Below the pieces are notes generated by a model that saw only the letters and a program-made list of their open reading frames with translations, was not told the origin of the DNA and did not search any database. 64,000 nucleotides of DNA from Candidatus Fermentibacteraceae bacterium (GTDB lineage Bacteria; Fermentibacterota; Fermentibacteria; Fermentibacterales; JCC-6): contig JBGSZS010000018.1 of the NCBI GenBank assembly GCA_041750285.1, positions 231,745 through 295,744 on the forward strand. Direction: 5' to 3'. Below, piece after piece: positions 28,870 to 38,325 of the stretch (within the stretch, counting starts at the first letter, position 1; each line of letters begins with the position of its first letter). The translations under genes and the position numbers were made by a program.

Positions 28870-30021
28870 TCACGCCCCGGCTTCCCGGTAGATCGAAAAT
28901 ATCCTCCCGAAGCACGCATCCCAAGTGAACCTCTCCGCGAAGCGCCTGAATTCCGCCCTTTTTTCGGGAGGTTCGGCAAGGGCTGTGAAAGCGGCATCCC
29001 GCAACGCGCGGGGATCGTTCCACGGACCGTACACCGAACTGCCTCCGGCGCCCCTCACCAGTTCGGCCGCCGCCGCTTCGCGGCACGCAGCCACCGGGGT
29101 TCCGCAGCACAGGGCCTCCAGGGTGACGAGGGAGAACGTGTCGCAGGGGCCCATGGAAAGGAATGCGTCGGCGCTTGCCATGAGGGCGGCACCCCTGCCG
29201 GCCTGAGAGGCATGGGGGAGAAGCTTCAGGCGTCCCCCGAAACGGGCCTCGGCCCTCTTGACCCTGCCCCTCCAGTGACCCCTGCCGGCGACTGCTACGA
29301 CCGTTCCGGGCATTTCGAAGAGCAGGGGACAGGTTTCCAGAAGGACGTGTATCCCCTTCTCCGGAGCAAGACGGCCCATGTAAAGGATAAGCGTGCCGCC
29401 CGGGGGGACCCCCAGTTCTGCCCTGAGGCTCTCGCTGCGCGCTTTCGGGGTGAAAATGTTGGGGTGGGCTCCGAGAGGGGCTTTCCTGACGTTTTCAACC
29501 CCGGCCTCGCGAAGAACGGACAGTGAGGTTTCGCTTGCACCCATGACAATGTCGAGGTCACGGTATGCCCGGCCCATCCAGGGAACGGCAAACCTTCTGA
29601 AAAGCCCGGGCAAGGGACCCCGTGTGATGTCAAAAACGCTCAGAGGAAGGGCGACCGGCCAGTTCGAGTGATAGAAGCCCAGGGAGGGGATGTCCCGAAT
29701 GCCGTTCCTCACCATGCCGGGAACCACGATCCCGCTCCCCAGTTCGACGACATCGGGTTTGAATGCGGCCATTATCTCACGGATGGCCTTTCCCCTGACG
29801 AAGAAGTTGTAACCCGAGTTCGCAAGCGGCGGAGACTTGACGCCGTACAGGGTTCCCCCTTCGACGGGTGTCGAGCTGTCGGTGCCGGAGGGATGGATGA
29901 GTGCGCATTCGACACCGTTCCTGCTGCACCAGAGGAACTTCTCATGATGGTAGACCCTTATGCCACCCCCGGTTGGGCTGTAGAAATTGTTTATGTCCAG
30001 CACCCTGAGGGGCTTTGGCAT
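28870..30021 (-). CDS. Glycosyltransferase family 4
   Basis: N-terminus MPKPLRVLDINNFYSPTGGGI. C-terminal GT-B motif region. Lies 3 nt downstream of metG. Confidence 0.7.
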   Translation of the reverse strand: MPKPLRVLDINNFYSPTGGGIRVYHHEKFLWCSRNGVECALIHPSGTDSSTPVEGGTLYGVKSPPLANSGYNFFVRGKAIREIMAAFKPDVVELGSGIVVPGMVRNGIRDIPSLGFYHSNWPVALPLSVFDITRGPLPGLFRRFAVPWMGRAYRDLDIVMGASETSLSVLREAGVENVRKAPLGAHPNIFTPKARSESLRAELGVPPGGTLILYMGRLAPEKGIHVLLETCPLLFEMPGTVVAVAGRGHWRGRVKRAEARFGGRLKLLPHASQAGRGAALMASADAFLSMGPCDTFSLVTLEALCCGTPVAACREAAAAELVRGAGGSSVYGPWNDPRALRDAAFTALAEPPEKRAEFRRFAERFTWDACFGRIFSIYREAGA

Positions 30022-30024
30022 GGT

Positions 30025-32019
30025 TCAGCGTATCCTGTCGCCCGGGGCGGCGCCCTGGGACGGCCTCACCACTCTGACCCCGCCCGGCCCGTCGCTGGCG
30101 AGAAGCATGCCCCGGCTCTCGATGCCTCTGAGAAGTGCGGGTTTCAGGTTGGCCACCACTACAACCAGGGTATTGAGAAGCTCTTCGGGTTCGTAGTGAA
30201 GCCTGATTCCCGCCACGATCTGCCTTGGTTCACCCTCCCCCAGGTCGACCATGAGCCTGTAGAGCTTGTCGGCGCCCTTCACAGGGCTGACTTCCAGCAC
30301 CTCGCCGACCCTGAGCTCGATCTTCATGAAGTCGTCGAAGTCTACCAGCGGCCCGGGTTCGGGTGAGGGTTCGGGCTGCCTGTCGGGGGCAGGCTCCATG
30401 ACCTTTTGAAAGCCCTCCTCAAGCTTGCTGAAGAGGATCTCGGGTGTTCCCAGGGGTGAACCGGGTCTGAGAAGGACCCTTCCGGCATCCCCCCAGTTCG
30501 ATCGTGCAATGCCCAGCATTGCGCCGATCTTCTCCGCCGTCGAGGGAAGGAAGGGCGAAAAAATGGTCCGGAGGGAGGCGCAGAGGTTCAGGCAGGCCGC
30601 TATGTCGCGGCGGCAGTTTTCCGGGTCGGTCTTCAGGGTCTTCCAGGGCTGCCTGGCGTCGAAGAAGCGGTTCCCCTCGCGGGCGACCTCCATGGCTGCC
30701 GATGCGGCAAGCTTGAACCTGAACTTCTCAATGAGTTCGCCAACCTGGGCCGCGCCACGCACGGCGATATCCATGAGTTCCGGGATGGGTTCGCCTTCGG
30801 GAACTTGGCCGCCGAGCTTGGAACTGGCGAACCTGACCGTGCGGTTCACGAAATTGCCCAGAACGTCTGCAAGCTCGTTGTTCCTGGAGCGGAATTCGTC
30901 CCACGTGAAGTCCGTGTCACGGGTCTCGGGGGCGTTCACTGCCAGGGCGTACCTCATGGGGTCGGCGGGAAAGTGGTTGAGGTAATCACGCATCCAGATC
31001 GCCGTGCCCCGGCTGGTGCTGAACTTCTGTCCCTGTATGTTCAGAAACTCGTTGGCGGGGACGTTCCAGGGGAGTATGAAGCCTCCCGTTCCGTGAAGGA
31101 TGGCCGGTTCGATGATGCAGTGGAAGACGATGTTGTCCTTGCCTATGAAGTGAACGAGACGGGTTTCGGGGTCCTTCCAGTAGGGCTCCCATCCATCGGG
31201 CTCCCCCTTCAGCCTGAAGTACTCGCGGGTGCTGCTGACATATCCAAGAAGGGCCTCGAACCAGACGTAGAGGACCTTTCCGGCGGCCTCGGGAAGGGGC
31301 ACGGGAACCCCCCAGTCAAGGTCGCGGGTGATGGCCCGTTCCCGCAGGCCGTCCTTCAGCCAGCCACGGCAGTAGTTGAGGACGTTGTCCTTCCAGTCCT
31401 GTCTGGATTCGAGCCAGCCCGTGATCCACTCCTGGAACCGCTCGAGAAGGAGGAACCAGTGTCTGGTCTCCCTGACCTCGGGGGTCGCCCCGCAAATGCT
31501 GCACTTCGGTTCGATGAGTTCAAGGGGCTCGGTCCAGGTGCCGCATGATTCGCACTGGTCGCCCCTTGCGCCAGTACAGCCGCACTTGGGGCATGTTCCG
31601 CCTATGTAGCGGTCCGGAAGGAACCTCGCGCAGCTCGGGCAGTAGAGCTGGCTTATCGTTCTTGGTTCGATGTGCCCCAGGGAGAGCAGTTCGAGGAACA
31701 CTGACTGCGCGAATTCCCTGTGTTCATCGGTGGTGGTGCGTGAGAAATTGGAGAAAGAGATCCCGAAATCGCTGAAATCCTGGCGGATCACCCCGTGGAA
31801 CCTGTCAACCGTCTGGCGGGGTGTGAGTCCCAGTTTCTCCGCCGTTATCGTTATGGGAACGCCGTGCTCATCGGTACCACAGGCGTAAACCACGTCGTGC
31901 CCGTTCATTCGAAGGTACCTTACGAAGATGTCTGCGGGAAGGTACGCGCCGGCCAGATGCCCGAGGTGCAGGGGGCCGTTGGCGTACGGAAGGGCGCTTG
32001 TCACCATGTACCGGGCCAT
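30025..32019 (-). CDS. metG: Methionine--tRNA ligase with a C-terminal tRNA-binding domain
   Basis: HLGH and KFSTS class I motifs, a zinc knuckle (CPxC...CxxC) and a C-terminal EMAP-like domain. Confidence 0.9.
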   Translation of the reverse strand: MARYMVTSALPYANGPLHLGHLAGAYLPADIFVRYLRMNGHDVVYACGTDEHGVPITITAEKLGLTPRQTVDRFHGVIRQDFSDFGISFSNFSRTTTDEHREFAQSVFLELLSLGHIEPRTISQLYCPSCARFLPDRYIGGTCPKCGCTGARGDQCESCGTWTEPLELIEPKCSICGATPEVRETRHWFLLLERFQEWITGWLESRQDWKDNVLNYCRGWLKDGLRERAITRDLDWGVPVPLPEAAGKVLYVWFEALLGYVSSTREYFRLKGEPDGWEPYWKDPETRLVHFIGKDNIVFHCIIEPAILHGTGGFILPWNVPANEFLNIQGQKFSTSRGTAIWMRDYLNHFPADPMRYALAVNAPETRDTDFTWDEFRSRNNELADVLGNFVNRTVRFASSKLGGQVPEGEPIPELMDIAVRGAAQVGELIEKFRFKLAASAAMEVAREGNRFFDARQPWKTLKTDPENCRRDIAACLNLCASLRTIFSPFLPSTAEKIGAMLGIARSNWGDAGRVLLRPGSPLGTPEILFSKLEEGFQKVMEPAPDRQPEPSPEPGPLVDFDDFMKIELRVGEVLEVSPVKGADKLYRLMVDLGEGEPRQIVAGIRLHYEPEELLNTLVVVVANLKPALLRGIESRGMLLASDGPGGVRVVRPSQGAAPGDRIR

Positions 32020-32979
32020 TTACGGGGTCCTTTCCTTCTCGGCGCCGGCGGGTTTGCGCCTTCTTCTCCGGCGTTTCCGGACCGCCTCGGGGGCAGCCGC
32101 TTCCTTCTCGGCCGGTGGTGGTGCTGAAGCCGGTTTCGGAGGGGGAGCGGGCTGCTCCATCTTCTTTCTGTTCTGGAACTCCTCAAGGGTCATGGTTTCC
32201 GGTTCCTGAGAGCCTTCGCCCCTGACCGTTACGGTTTCATGGAAGATGTCCGAGCCGACTACCTCGAAGGGAGAACCCATGAGCAGAACCCTCTGGCCCG
32301 GAGCGGGATACAGCCTGCACGCCTGCTGGTAGAAATCGGACTCGTAGGCAAGGCAGCACATCAGCCTTCCGCATGTTCCGGAAACCTTTGAGGGATTGAG
32401 CGAAAGGTTCTGGGTGCGAACCATCTTCAGCGTGACGGACTGAAAGTCGTCAAGGAACTCGGCGCAGCACAGGGCCCTTCCGCAAATACCCAGGCCGCCC
32501 TTGTGCCTGGCATCGTCGCGGATGCCTATCTGTCTCATCTCGATCCTGGCCCTGTAGCATGCCGCCAGGTCCCTCACGAGCCCCCTGAAATCGGTGCGCT
32601 GGTCAGCCGTGAAGAAAACCCTGATCCGGTTCCGGTCGAGCTGTACCTCGCAGTCCGACAGTTTCATGTCGAGTTTTCTGGCTTCTATCCGCTCACGGCA
32701 GTAGTCGAGGACCGACTGCTCGAAATCACCGTTTGACCGTTGCTGCAGTACATCCTCTTCGGTGGCCTCCCTGACGAACTCACCCGAGCACTGCTCGAGC
32801 AGTTCATCCGTCACCGGAAGCTTGGCCACGACCTTTCCGAGGTCGAAACCCCTGTCCACTCCGACCACGACCGAACTGCCGTTGCTTACGGGAAGGGGGC
32901 CCCCGTTCCTGTAGTACCCCTTCCTGCCGGCCTTGAAGACAACCTGGAGTATCTCCAGTGTGAACTGCTCCGTCATTTC
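32020..32979 (-). CDS. ricT: PSP1 domain protein (RicT/YaaT-like)
   Basis: PSP1 C-terminal domain with conserved cysteines (GICGRALCCAEF, GTCGRLMCCLAYE) and a K/R-rich tail. Internal start MTEQ. holB-ricT-metG synteny. Confidence 0.7.
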   Translation of the reverse strand, partial: EMTEQFTLEILQVVFKAGRKGYYRNGGPLPVSNGSSVVVGVDRGFDLGKVVAKLPVTDELLEQCSGEFVREATEEDVLQQRSNGDFEQSVLDYCRERIEARKLDMKLSDCEVQLDRNRIRVFFTADQRTDFRGLVRDLAACYRARIEMRQIGIRDDARHKGGLGICGRALCCAEFLDDFQSVTLKMVRTQNLSLNPSKVSGTCGRLMCCLAYESDFYQQACRLYPAPGQRVLLMGSPFEVVGSDIFHETVTVRGEGSQEPETMTLEEFQNRKKMEQPAPPPKPASAPPPAEKEAAAPEAVRKRRRRRRKPAGAEKERTP

Positions 32980-34031
32980 CGTCCCTGTCCGCCAAGAGAG
33001 AGAACCGCAGCCTCGAACGCCATCGTCGGTGAACCGTTTGCCCGAAGCCTTGTACCGCACAGAATGAACTGCTCTCCGGCCAGTTCCAGATACTCGTCGG
33101 TGAAGACGTTCCGCCCCGTCGTACTGCTGTTGACGGGCGCCCTTCCGGCAAGGCTCCTGCGTGAATCATGACACACGGCTGCCATCTCGTCACACAGGGC
33201 CAGAAGACCGTCCCTTCCAAGCTCCCGGGCGAGAGCGCCTGCGTACTCGAGCAGACCGCCCTGGTCCCGCGTGCCTGCCAGCGTCTCCAGAAGTTCAAGG
33301 GCTCTGCCACCGTCCCGCCCAACCCAGGTCGGCGCCGCGGCAAGCGCCCTGCCAGGGCTGCCTCCGCTGGCAAGGGCCAGGCTCTCGATGTCTTCGGGAC
33401 CCAGCCCGGTTCTCTTCGCGAGGATGCCCTTCACGTCCTTCATGCCAAGGGTACCGAGCCTGACGCAATGCGCCCGTGACCTTACCGTGGGCAGCACGCC
33501 CGAGAGAAAGGAGGTGGTAAGGATCAGCAGGGTTTTTTCGGGCGGTTCCTCGAGGGTTTTCAGAAGGGCGTTCGCAGCCTCTCTCCTCATCAGGTGGGCA
33601 TCGATGATGATCTCCACGTGCCCCCTGCCCTCGAAGGATTTTCTGGACAGCCTTGCTTCGATCTCACGGATCTGCCCTATGCTTATCCCGGTGTTCCCCG
33701 GAAACCTGAGGGGAGTGACCCCGTCGGAGGCCCTTGCAGCCAGAAGGGCCGCCTCGTCATCGACTGTGACCGCTGCCGTGCGTGGAATCGTGAGCCTGAC
33801 ATCGGGGTGGTTCATCGAGAACAGTCTTTTGCAGTGCCGGCACTCGCCGCAGAAACCCTGGGGGTCTTCAGGGCAGATCACGCACGCCGCCAGATCGAGG
33901 GCCATGGACAATCGGCCGCAACCTTCCGGACCGGCGATCAGGTAGGCGTGTGCAAGCCTGCCTGCGGCAACCGCTGAGCAAAGGAGGCTCTTCGCCCCGG
34001 ACTGACCGGTCAGTGAGCCGAAGGGCTTCAC
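32973..34031 (-). CDS. holB: DNA polymerase III delta-prime subunit
   Basis: Walker A-like GPEGCGR, a zinc module CPEDPQGFCGECRHC and an SRAH motif. Confidence 0.8.
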   Translation of the reverse strand: MKPFGSLTGQSGAKSLLCSAVAAGRLAHAYLIAGPEGCGRLSMALDLAACVICPEDPQGFCGECRHCKRLFSMNHPDVRLTIPRTAAVTVDDEAALLAARASDGVTPLRFPGNTGISIGQIREIEARLSRKSFEGRGHVEIIIDAHLMRREAANALLKTLEEPPEKTLLILTTSFLSGVLPTVRSRAHCVRLGTLGMKDVKGILAKRTGLGPEDIESLALASGGSPGRALAAAPTWVGRDGGRALELLETLAGTRDQGGLLEYAGALARELGRDGLLALCDEMAAVCHDSRRSLAGRAPVNSSTTGRNVFTDEYLELAGEQFILCGTRLRANGSPTMAFEAAVLSLGGQGRK

Positions 34032-35158
34032 GGTCCCGGCTCCAGATACTGCACGGGATCAACGGGTTCAGCGCCCCTTCGCATTTCGAGGTAGTAGCCC
34101 GGCCTTCCGCCGGGCAGCGGACCGGCCGTGCCTACAATCCCGCCCTGGGAAACCGAGTCGCCCCGAGCCACCTGAAGGTTCCCGAGGTGACCGTAGATCG
34201 AGAACCAGCCGTCCCTGTGGTCGAGCACTATCATGCGCCCGAGGCTCATGAACTCACGCGAGAAGACGACGGACCCGCCGGCCAGGGCCCGGACGGTCTC
34301 CTCGGGCGCCGTGGCAACGCTCACGCCATCACAGACCGTCTCGGTTCCGTAGACAGGGTCCCTCTCTACGCCGAACCGTCTGACAACCGAACCACGGCCC
34401 GGCCATGGGATGCTTCCACGCATTCTGTCGAAAAACGAGTCTCCCCCCGGCTCGGGCAGCCCGGTTGAGACACCCGCCGTGCCGGGGGATGTGGCCCGCA
34501 GGTCCGCAACAAGGGCAGAAAGCTCTCTCCGCTGGGTCTCGAGGGCCGCGGCGGATTCCGCGGCGGCGGATATCTCGTCGCGGAGGCTCAGCCTCAGCAT
34601 CGCCTGCCTTTCCTCCTCACGGTAGATCCTCTCCTGAAGCTCTTCCATCTCGATCCTAAGTGTGCGAACACCGGAACGAAGCGTTTCGAGCGAGTCGCGG
34701 TAACGGGCCAGGCTGTCGCTGCTCTGTGTGAGCAATTCGATCTGTGCGCCGGCCCTTCTCGCCAGGTGATCGAGGTACACCCTCCTGCGCACCAGCGTCT
34801 GGATCCCGCCCCTGGAGAAGAGAAGGGCCTGGGATACCCTCGACCTTTGTGAGTACAGGTACACCAGGTAGTCGGACAATCCCTGTTCAAGGATTGCCCG
34901 CGCGGAATCCTCGAGCATCCACTTCCCGTTGATCTCGTCTATCGACATGGTGAACCCGGCTTCCCTGAGGACCAGTTCGTTGTAGTACTCACGGGCGGCG
35001 GCAAGGTGTTCATGCAGTGCAAGAAGCACCTCGCGAGCGTCGGAATCCCGGTTCGAAAGCATCTCCAGCCGCAGCCTTGCCTCTTCGAGCCTCTGGTCGA
35101 GGCTGTCGGCGGGAGATGCTCCCGCAAGCAGCGCGAGGAAAAGGCCGAGCAGGACCAC
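34028..35158 (-). CDS. EnvC-like murein hydrolase activator (coiled coil plus degenerate LytM/M23 domain)
   Basis: Signal peptide and a long coiled coil. The C-terminal LytM fold lacks the HxxxD/HxH ligands, like EnvC. Confidence 0.6.
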   Translation of the reverse strand: MVLLGLFLALLAGASPADSLDQRLEEARLRLEMLSNRDSDAREVLLALHEHLAAAREYYNELVLREAGFTMSIDEINGKWMLEDSARAILEQGLSDYLVYLYSQRSRVSQALLFSRGGIQTLVRRRVYLDHLARRAGAQIELLTQSSDSLARYRDSLETLRSGVRTLRIEMEELQERIYREEERQAMLRLSLRDEISAAAESAAALETQRRELSALVADLRATSPGTAGVSTGLPEPGGDSFFDRMRGSIPWPGRGSVVRRFGVERDPVYGTETVCDGVSVATAPEETVRALAGGSVVFSREFMSLGRMIVLDHRDGWFSIYGHLGNLQVARGDSVSQGGIVGTAGPLPGGRPGYYLEMRRGAEPVDPVQYLEPGP

Positions 35159-35162
35159 TGTC

Positions 35163-36323
35163 CTACTTCAGAAGCAGTGCCGAAAGCTCGCCAGCCTTGT
35201 CGGTTCTTTCCCACCTGAACGAGCCGTCGCCGCCGTTCACCCTGCCAAAATGGCCGAATGAAGCCGTTTTTTCGAAAATGGGGCTTTTGAGGCCCAGTTC
35301 CTCGATTATGCCGTAAGGCCTGAGAGGGAAGATGTCGCGCACGGCCTTCTCGACCAGGCTGAGATCGCCAACCTTCTCCGTGCCGAAAGTGTCGATGCGA
35401 ACACTGAGCGGATCGGGGTACCCGATGGCATAGGCCAGCTGGATCTCGCAGCGGTCGGCTATCCCCGCGGCAACGAGGTTTTTCGCAATGTACCTTGCCA
35501 TGTAGGCGGCCGATCGGTCGACCTTGGTGCTGTCCTTCCCGCTGAATGCCCCGCCTCCGTGGCGCCCGGCGCCGCCGTAGGTGTCGACGATTATCTTGCG
35601 GCCCGTGAGACCGGTGTCGCCGTTGGGGCCGCCGATGACGAACCTGCCCGAGGGGTTGTAGAGAAGCTTCCCGGACCATTCGAGGCTTGGCACTATCACT
35701 TCAAGAACGGGGTCCACCACCTTGCTGCGGATCTCGCGGCTCATCTCATCGTTCGTGGCGTCTTCCGAGTGATGAACCGACATGAGTATCTCGGTTATCG
35801 CAACGGGCCGGTCGCCTTCGTACTGAACCGTGACCTGGCTCTTGGCGTCGGGTCTGGCCCAGGAGAGATTTCCGCGGCGGCGCTCTGTTGACAGCTTTTC
35901 GAGAAGCCTGTGAGCGAGATGGATGGGGTAGGGCATGAGGGCCTTGGTCTCGGTGCAGGCGAACCCGAACATCATGCCCTGGTCGCCGGCGCCCTGATTC
36001 GCCGTGACTCCGTTGTTGATGTCCTGGGACTGGGAGTGTATCCTGACCTGGTACTCGATCTCGTCTGCGCAAAAACCTATCCCCGGGATATCGTAGCCGA
36101 TGGACTTGATCGTTTCACGGGCCACATCGAGGTAGTCGACCTGTCCGTTGGCGCGAACCTCGCCGGCGACGAGGCAGAAATTGGTCGTGACAAGGGTCTC
36201 GCAGGCGACGTGGCTGTCGGGATCCTGCCTGAGATGGGCGTCCAGAACCGCGTCGGATATCTGGTCGCACACCTTGTCGGGGTGCCCTTCGGACACCGAT
36301 TCACTGGTGAAGAGCTTTCTCAT
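35163..36323 (-). CDS. metK: S-adenosylmethionine synthetase
   Basis: N-terminus MRKLFTSESVSEGHPDKVCDQISDA with GGAFSGKD and DRSAAY motifs. Confidence 0.95.
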   Translation of the reverse strand: MRKLFTSESVSEGHPDKVCDQISDAVLDAHLRQDPDSHVACETLVTTNFCLVAGEVRANGQVDYLDVARETIKSIGYDIPGIGFCADEIEYQVRIHSQSQDINNGVTANQGAGDQGMMFGFACTETKALMPYPIHLAHRLLEKLSTERRRGNLSWARPDAKSQVTVQYEGDRPVAITEILMSVHHSEDATNDEMSREIRSKVVDPVLEVIVPSLEWSGKLLYNPSGRFVIGGPNGDTGLTGRKIIVDTYGGAGRHGGGAFSGKDSTKVDRSAAYMARYIAKNLVAAGIADRCEIQLAYAIGYPDPLSVRIDTFGTEKVGDLSLVEKAVRDIFPLRPYGIIEELGLKSPIFEKTASFGHFGRVNGGDGSFRWERTDKAGELSALLLK

Positions 36324-36336
36324 CGATTACCTCCCG

Positions 36337-36362
36337 AAAAAAAATAGCCGTCGGCCGACGGC
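36337..36362 (-). promoter_or_regulatory. Leader hairpin plus U8 (intrinsic-terminator-like attenuator candidate) immediately 5' of the metK RBS
   Basis: Minus-sense GCCGTCGGCCGACGGC (perfect 16-nt palindrome) followed by UAUUUUUUUU, then GGGAGG and ATG. Confidence 0.5.
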
Positions 36363-36381
36363 TTGAGGCACAGCTGGCGGC

Positions 36382-36411
36382 ATTTTAGCACTTTTTTTAG
36401 CGTGGTTGCAA
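36382..36411 (-). promoter_or_regulatory. Sigma-70-like promoter upstream of the metK leader
   Basis: Minus-sense TTGCAA, 18-nt spacer, TAAAAT, in an AT-rich island. Confidence 0.5.
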
Positions 36412-36465
36412 TACGCCTCAAATCACTCCACGTTGACCGGAATATTGAGAAGATCACGGGCCCGG

Positions 36466-38211
36466 TCAATCCCGCGTGTCTTCTGCCAGCCCCGCTATCT
36501 GATCAAGGTTGTCGGGGTCGAGGTCTTCCCCCGAGGCGCTTACAGTTCGGGAAAGCCTTTCGCTGAGGGCATCCATGTCACCCGCATACCTGTTCACCAG
36601 GGCGTTGTTCTTCAGGGTCTCGCGGCGGGTTTCGAGGGTTCGGAGTTCTTCGTTTCTTCTTTCAGCTTCCATTTCACCCCACTGCTCGAGCCTTTTCTTC
36701 TCCAGATAGGCTTTGCCTGAGCTGTCGGGGAACAGGTAGTAAAGCATCTTTTCCTGCATGGTCCCGGCCAGCGGGAGGGTGGTTCCCGGGGCGAGGGGGA
36801 TCTCACGGTTGAAGGATGAGGAATCGTACTGGCGTTCATCCCTGAACCCGCAGACCTGCTGCCTGTAGTCGGGGCTGACCGGGAAGGGCGTCTTTCCGTA
36901 GTATCCGGCGATCAGGTTCACGAACTGCACCGGGTTGACATCCTTGCCCATTGCCGTGAAATACGCTTTCACGCCTACGATCTGGCTGGTGGGGGTGACA
37001 AGGGGGCACCAGCCGGCCTTCCGGCGGACCTCCTGAACGGCTTCGAGGGCTCTGCCGAGGTATTCGGACTTGTTGTCGCGGGCAAGCTGGTTCACGAAGT
37101 TGGAGTACATTCCGCCCGGGATCTGTGCTTCCAGGACCTTGAGGTTCGGCGGAGGGAAACCGCAGAGGGCCTCCATTTCATGAACAACCGCAAGGGCGTT
37201 CTCGATCCGCCCTTTCGCGAGGTGCTCGACGGCCTCCCCAGCCATGGGCAGCAAAACCTCGCGACCCGGCCAGACCGAACGGTGAACCTTCAGATTGAAC
37301 TGCGCTTCGCACTCGGAGACGACCTCGCGCATCTCCCGGTGAAGGGGTTCGAGGGTTGCGTCCGAAAGATCGAGCCCGGTTTCGATCCCCAGAACTTCGG
37401 CGAAAACCCCAAGAAGCTCGGCGGAGGGGTGGGAACTGCCGCCGGCAAGCGGAAGGAACGCCGTGTCGATCATGTCCACACCGCAGAGCATGGCGATCAC
37501 CGCTGAGATGTGGCCGTAGCCGGGAGTGCAGTGGGTGTGGCTGACCACGGGTACCGACAGCTTCGCCTTCAGCCCGCTGTAGTATTCCCACGCGTCGACA
37601 GGCGATTTAAGACCGGCCATGTCCTTGTCGCTGATCATGTCGGCGCCCATTTCCTGAAGTTCGAGCGCCTTTCTGACAAAGTGATCGGTGTCGTAGGGGG
37701 TGCCGGTGGTGTAGCACACCGCGGCGTCGAACGTGCCCCCGGCCTCGCGGACTCCCGCCAGCGCGGCCCTGAAATTGGGAACGTGGTTCAGCGCGTCGAA
37801 GATGCGCATGATGGTGGTGCCCGCCTTGACAGCCTCGCGGTTGAAGTCGCGAACTATGTCGTCGGGGTACGGATCGTAACCGAACAGGTTCTGCCCGCGT
37901 GAAAGGGTTCTGAGCCCGGCTCCGTAGGGGCGTGACTTCTCGCTCATGAGAGCAAGCCGGTCGAAGGGGTTCTCATCGAGGAACCGCATGGCGCTGTCAA
38001 GCACTGCGCCTCCCCAGACTTCCAGTGTTTTGACTCCGGTGTCGAGCACGGGCCCCATGAGCCTCATTACCTGTGCGGTGGACATCCTTGTCGCCAGAAG
38101 TGACTGCTGACCGTCACGAAGGGAGAGGTCGATGAATTGAACCTTTCCGGCACCGCTGCCCACCATTCTGGGGGCGGGTTTCAACCCTGCAAGAAGCCTG
38201 GATAGACGCAT
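36466..38211 (-). CDS. Carboxyltransferase (pyruvate carboxylase subunit B / oxaloacetate decarboxylase alpha / transcarboxylase 5S-like) lacking a biotinyl domain
   Basis: N-terminal TIM-barrel HMGL-like region (FIDLSLRDGQQSL..., HTHCTPGYG). The C-terminal ~90 aa is a charged coiled-coil tail with no biotin-attachment motif (AMKM). Confidence 0.7.
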   Translation of the reverse strand: MRLSRLLAGLKPAPRMVGSGAGKVQFIDLSLRDGQQSLLATRMSTAQVMRLMGPVLDTGVKTLEVWGGAVLDSAMRFLDENPFDRLALMSEKSRPYGAGLRTLSRGQNLFGYDPYPDDIVRDFNREAVKAGTTIMRIFDALNHVPNFRAALAGVREAGGTFDAAVCYTTGTPYDTDHFVRKALELQEMGADMISDKDMAGLKSPVDAWEYYSGLKAKLSVPVVSHTHCTPGYGHISAVIAMLCGVDMIDTAFLPLAGGSSHPSAELLGVFAEVLGIETGLDLSDATLEPLHREMREVVSECEAQFNLKVHRSVWPGREVLLPMAGEAVEHLAKGRIENALAVVHEMEALCGFPPPNLKVLEAQIPGGMYSNFVNQLARDNKSEYLGRALEAVQEVRRKAGWCPLVTPTSQIVGVKAYFTAMGKDVNPVQFVNLIAGYYGKTPFPVSPDYRQQVCGFRDERQYDSSSFNREIPLAPGTTLPLAGTMQEKMLYYLFPDSSGKAYLEKKRLEQWGEMEAERRNEELRTLETRRETLKNNALVNRYAGDMDALSERLSRTVSASGEDLDPDNLDQIAGLAEDTRD

Positions 38212-38264
38212 TCGGGAACCTCTCCGGGGGGTTGGGGCTTTTTCCTCAAACCACCGTGATTATA

Positions 38265-38292
38265 TTGCATCCTGTCATGTGCGTGGTATTCA
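38265..38292 (+). promoter_or_regulatory. Candidate sigma-70 promoter for the TPR gene
   Basis: TTGCAT, a 16-nt spacer, TATTCA, 34 nt upstream of the ATG. Confidence 0.3.
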
Positions 38293-38325
38293 TCTAACAG
38301 AGACTCTCCGAGGGGTTGCGAGCCT

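Noticed and set aside
36324-36465. SAM-I/S-box or SAM-II riboswitch upstream of metK
   Set aside because: The leader is too short and lacks the S-box conserved stems. I report a generic hairpin-U8 attenuator instead.
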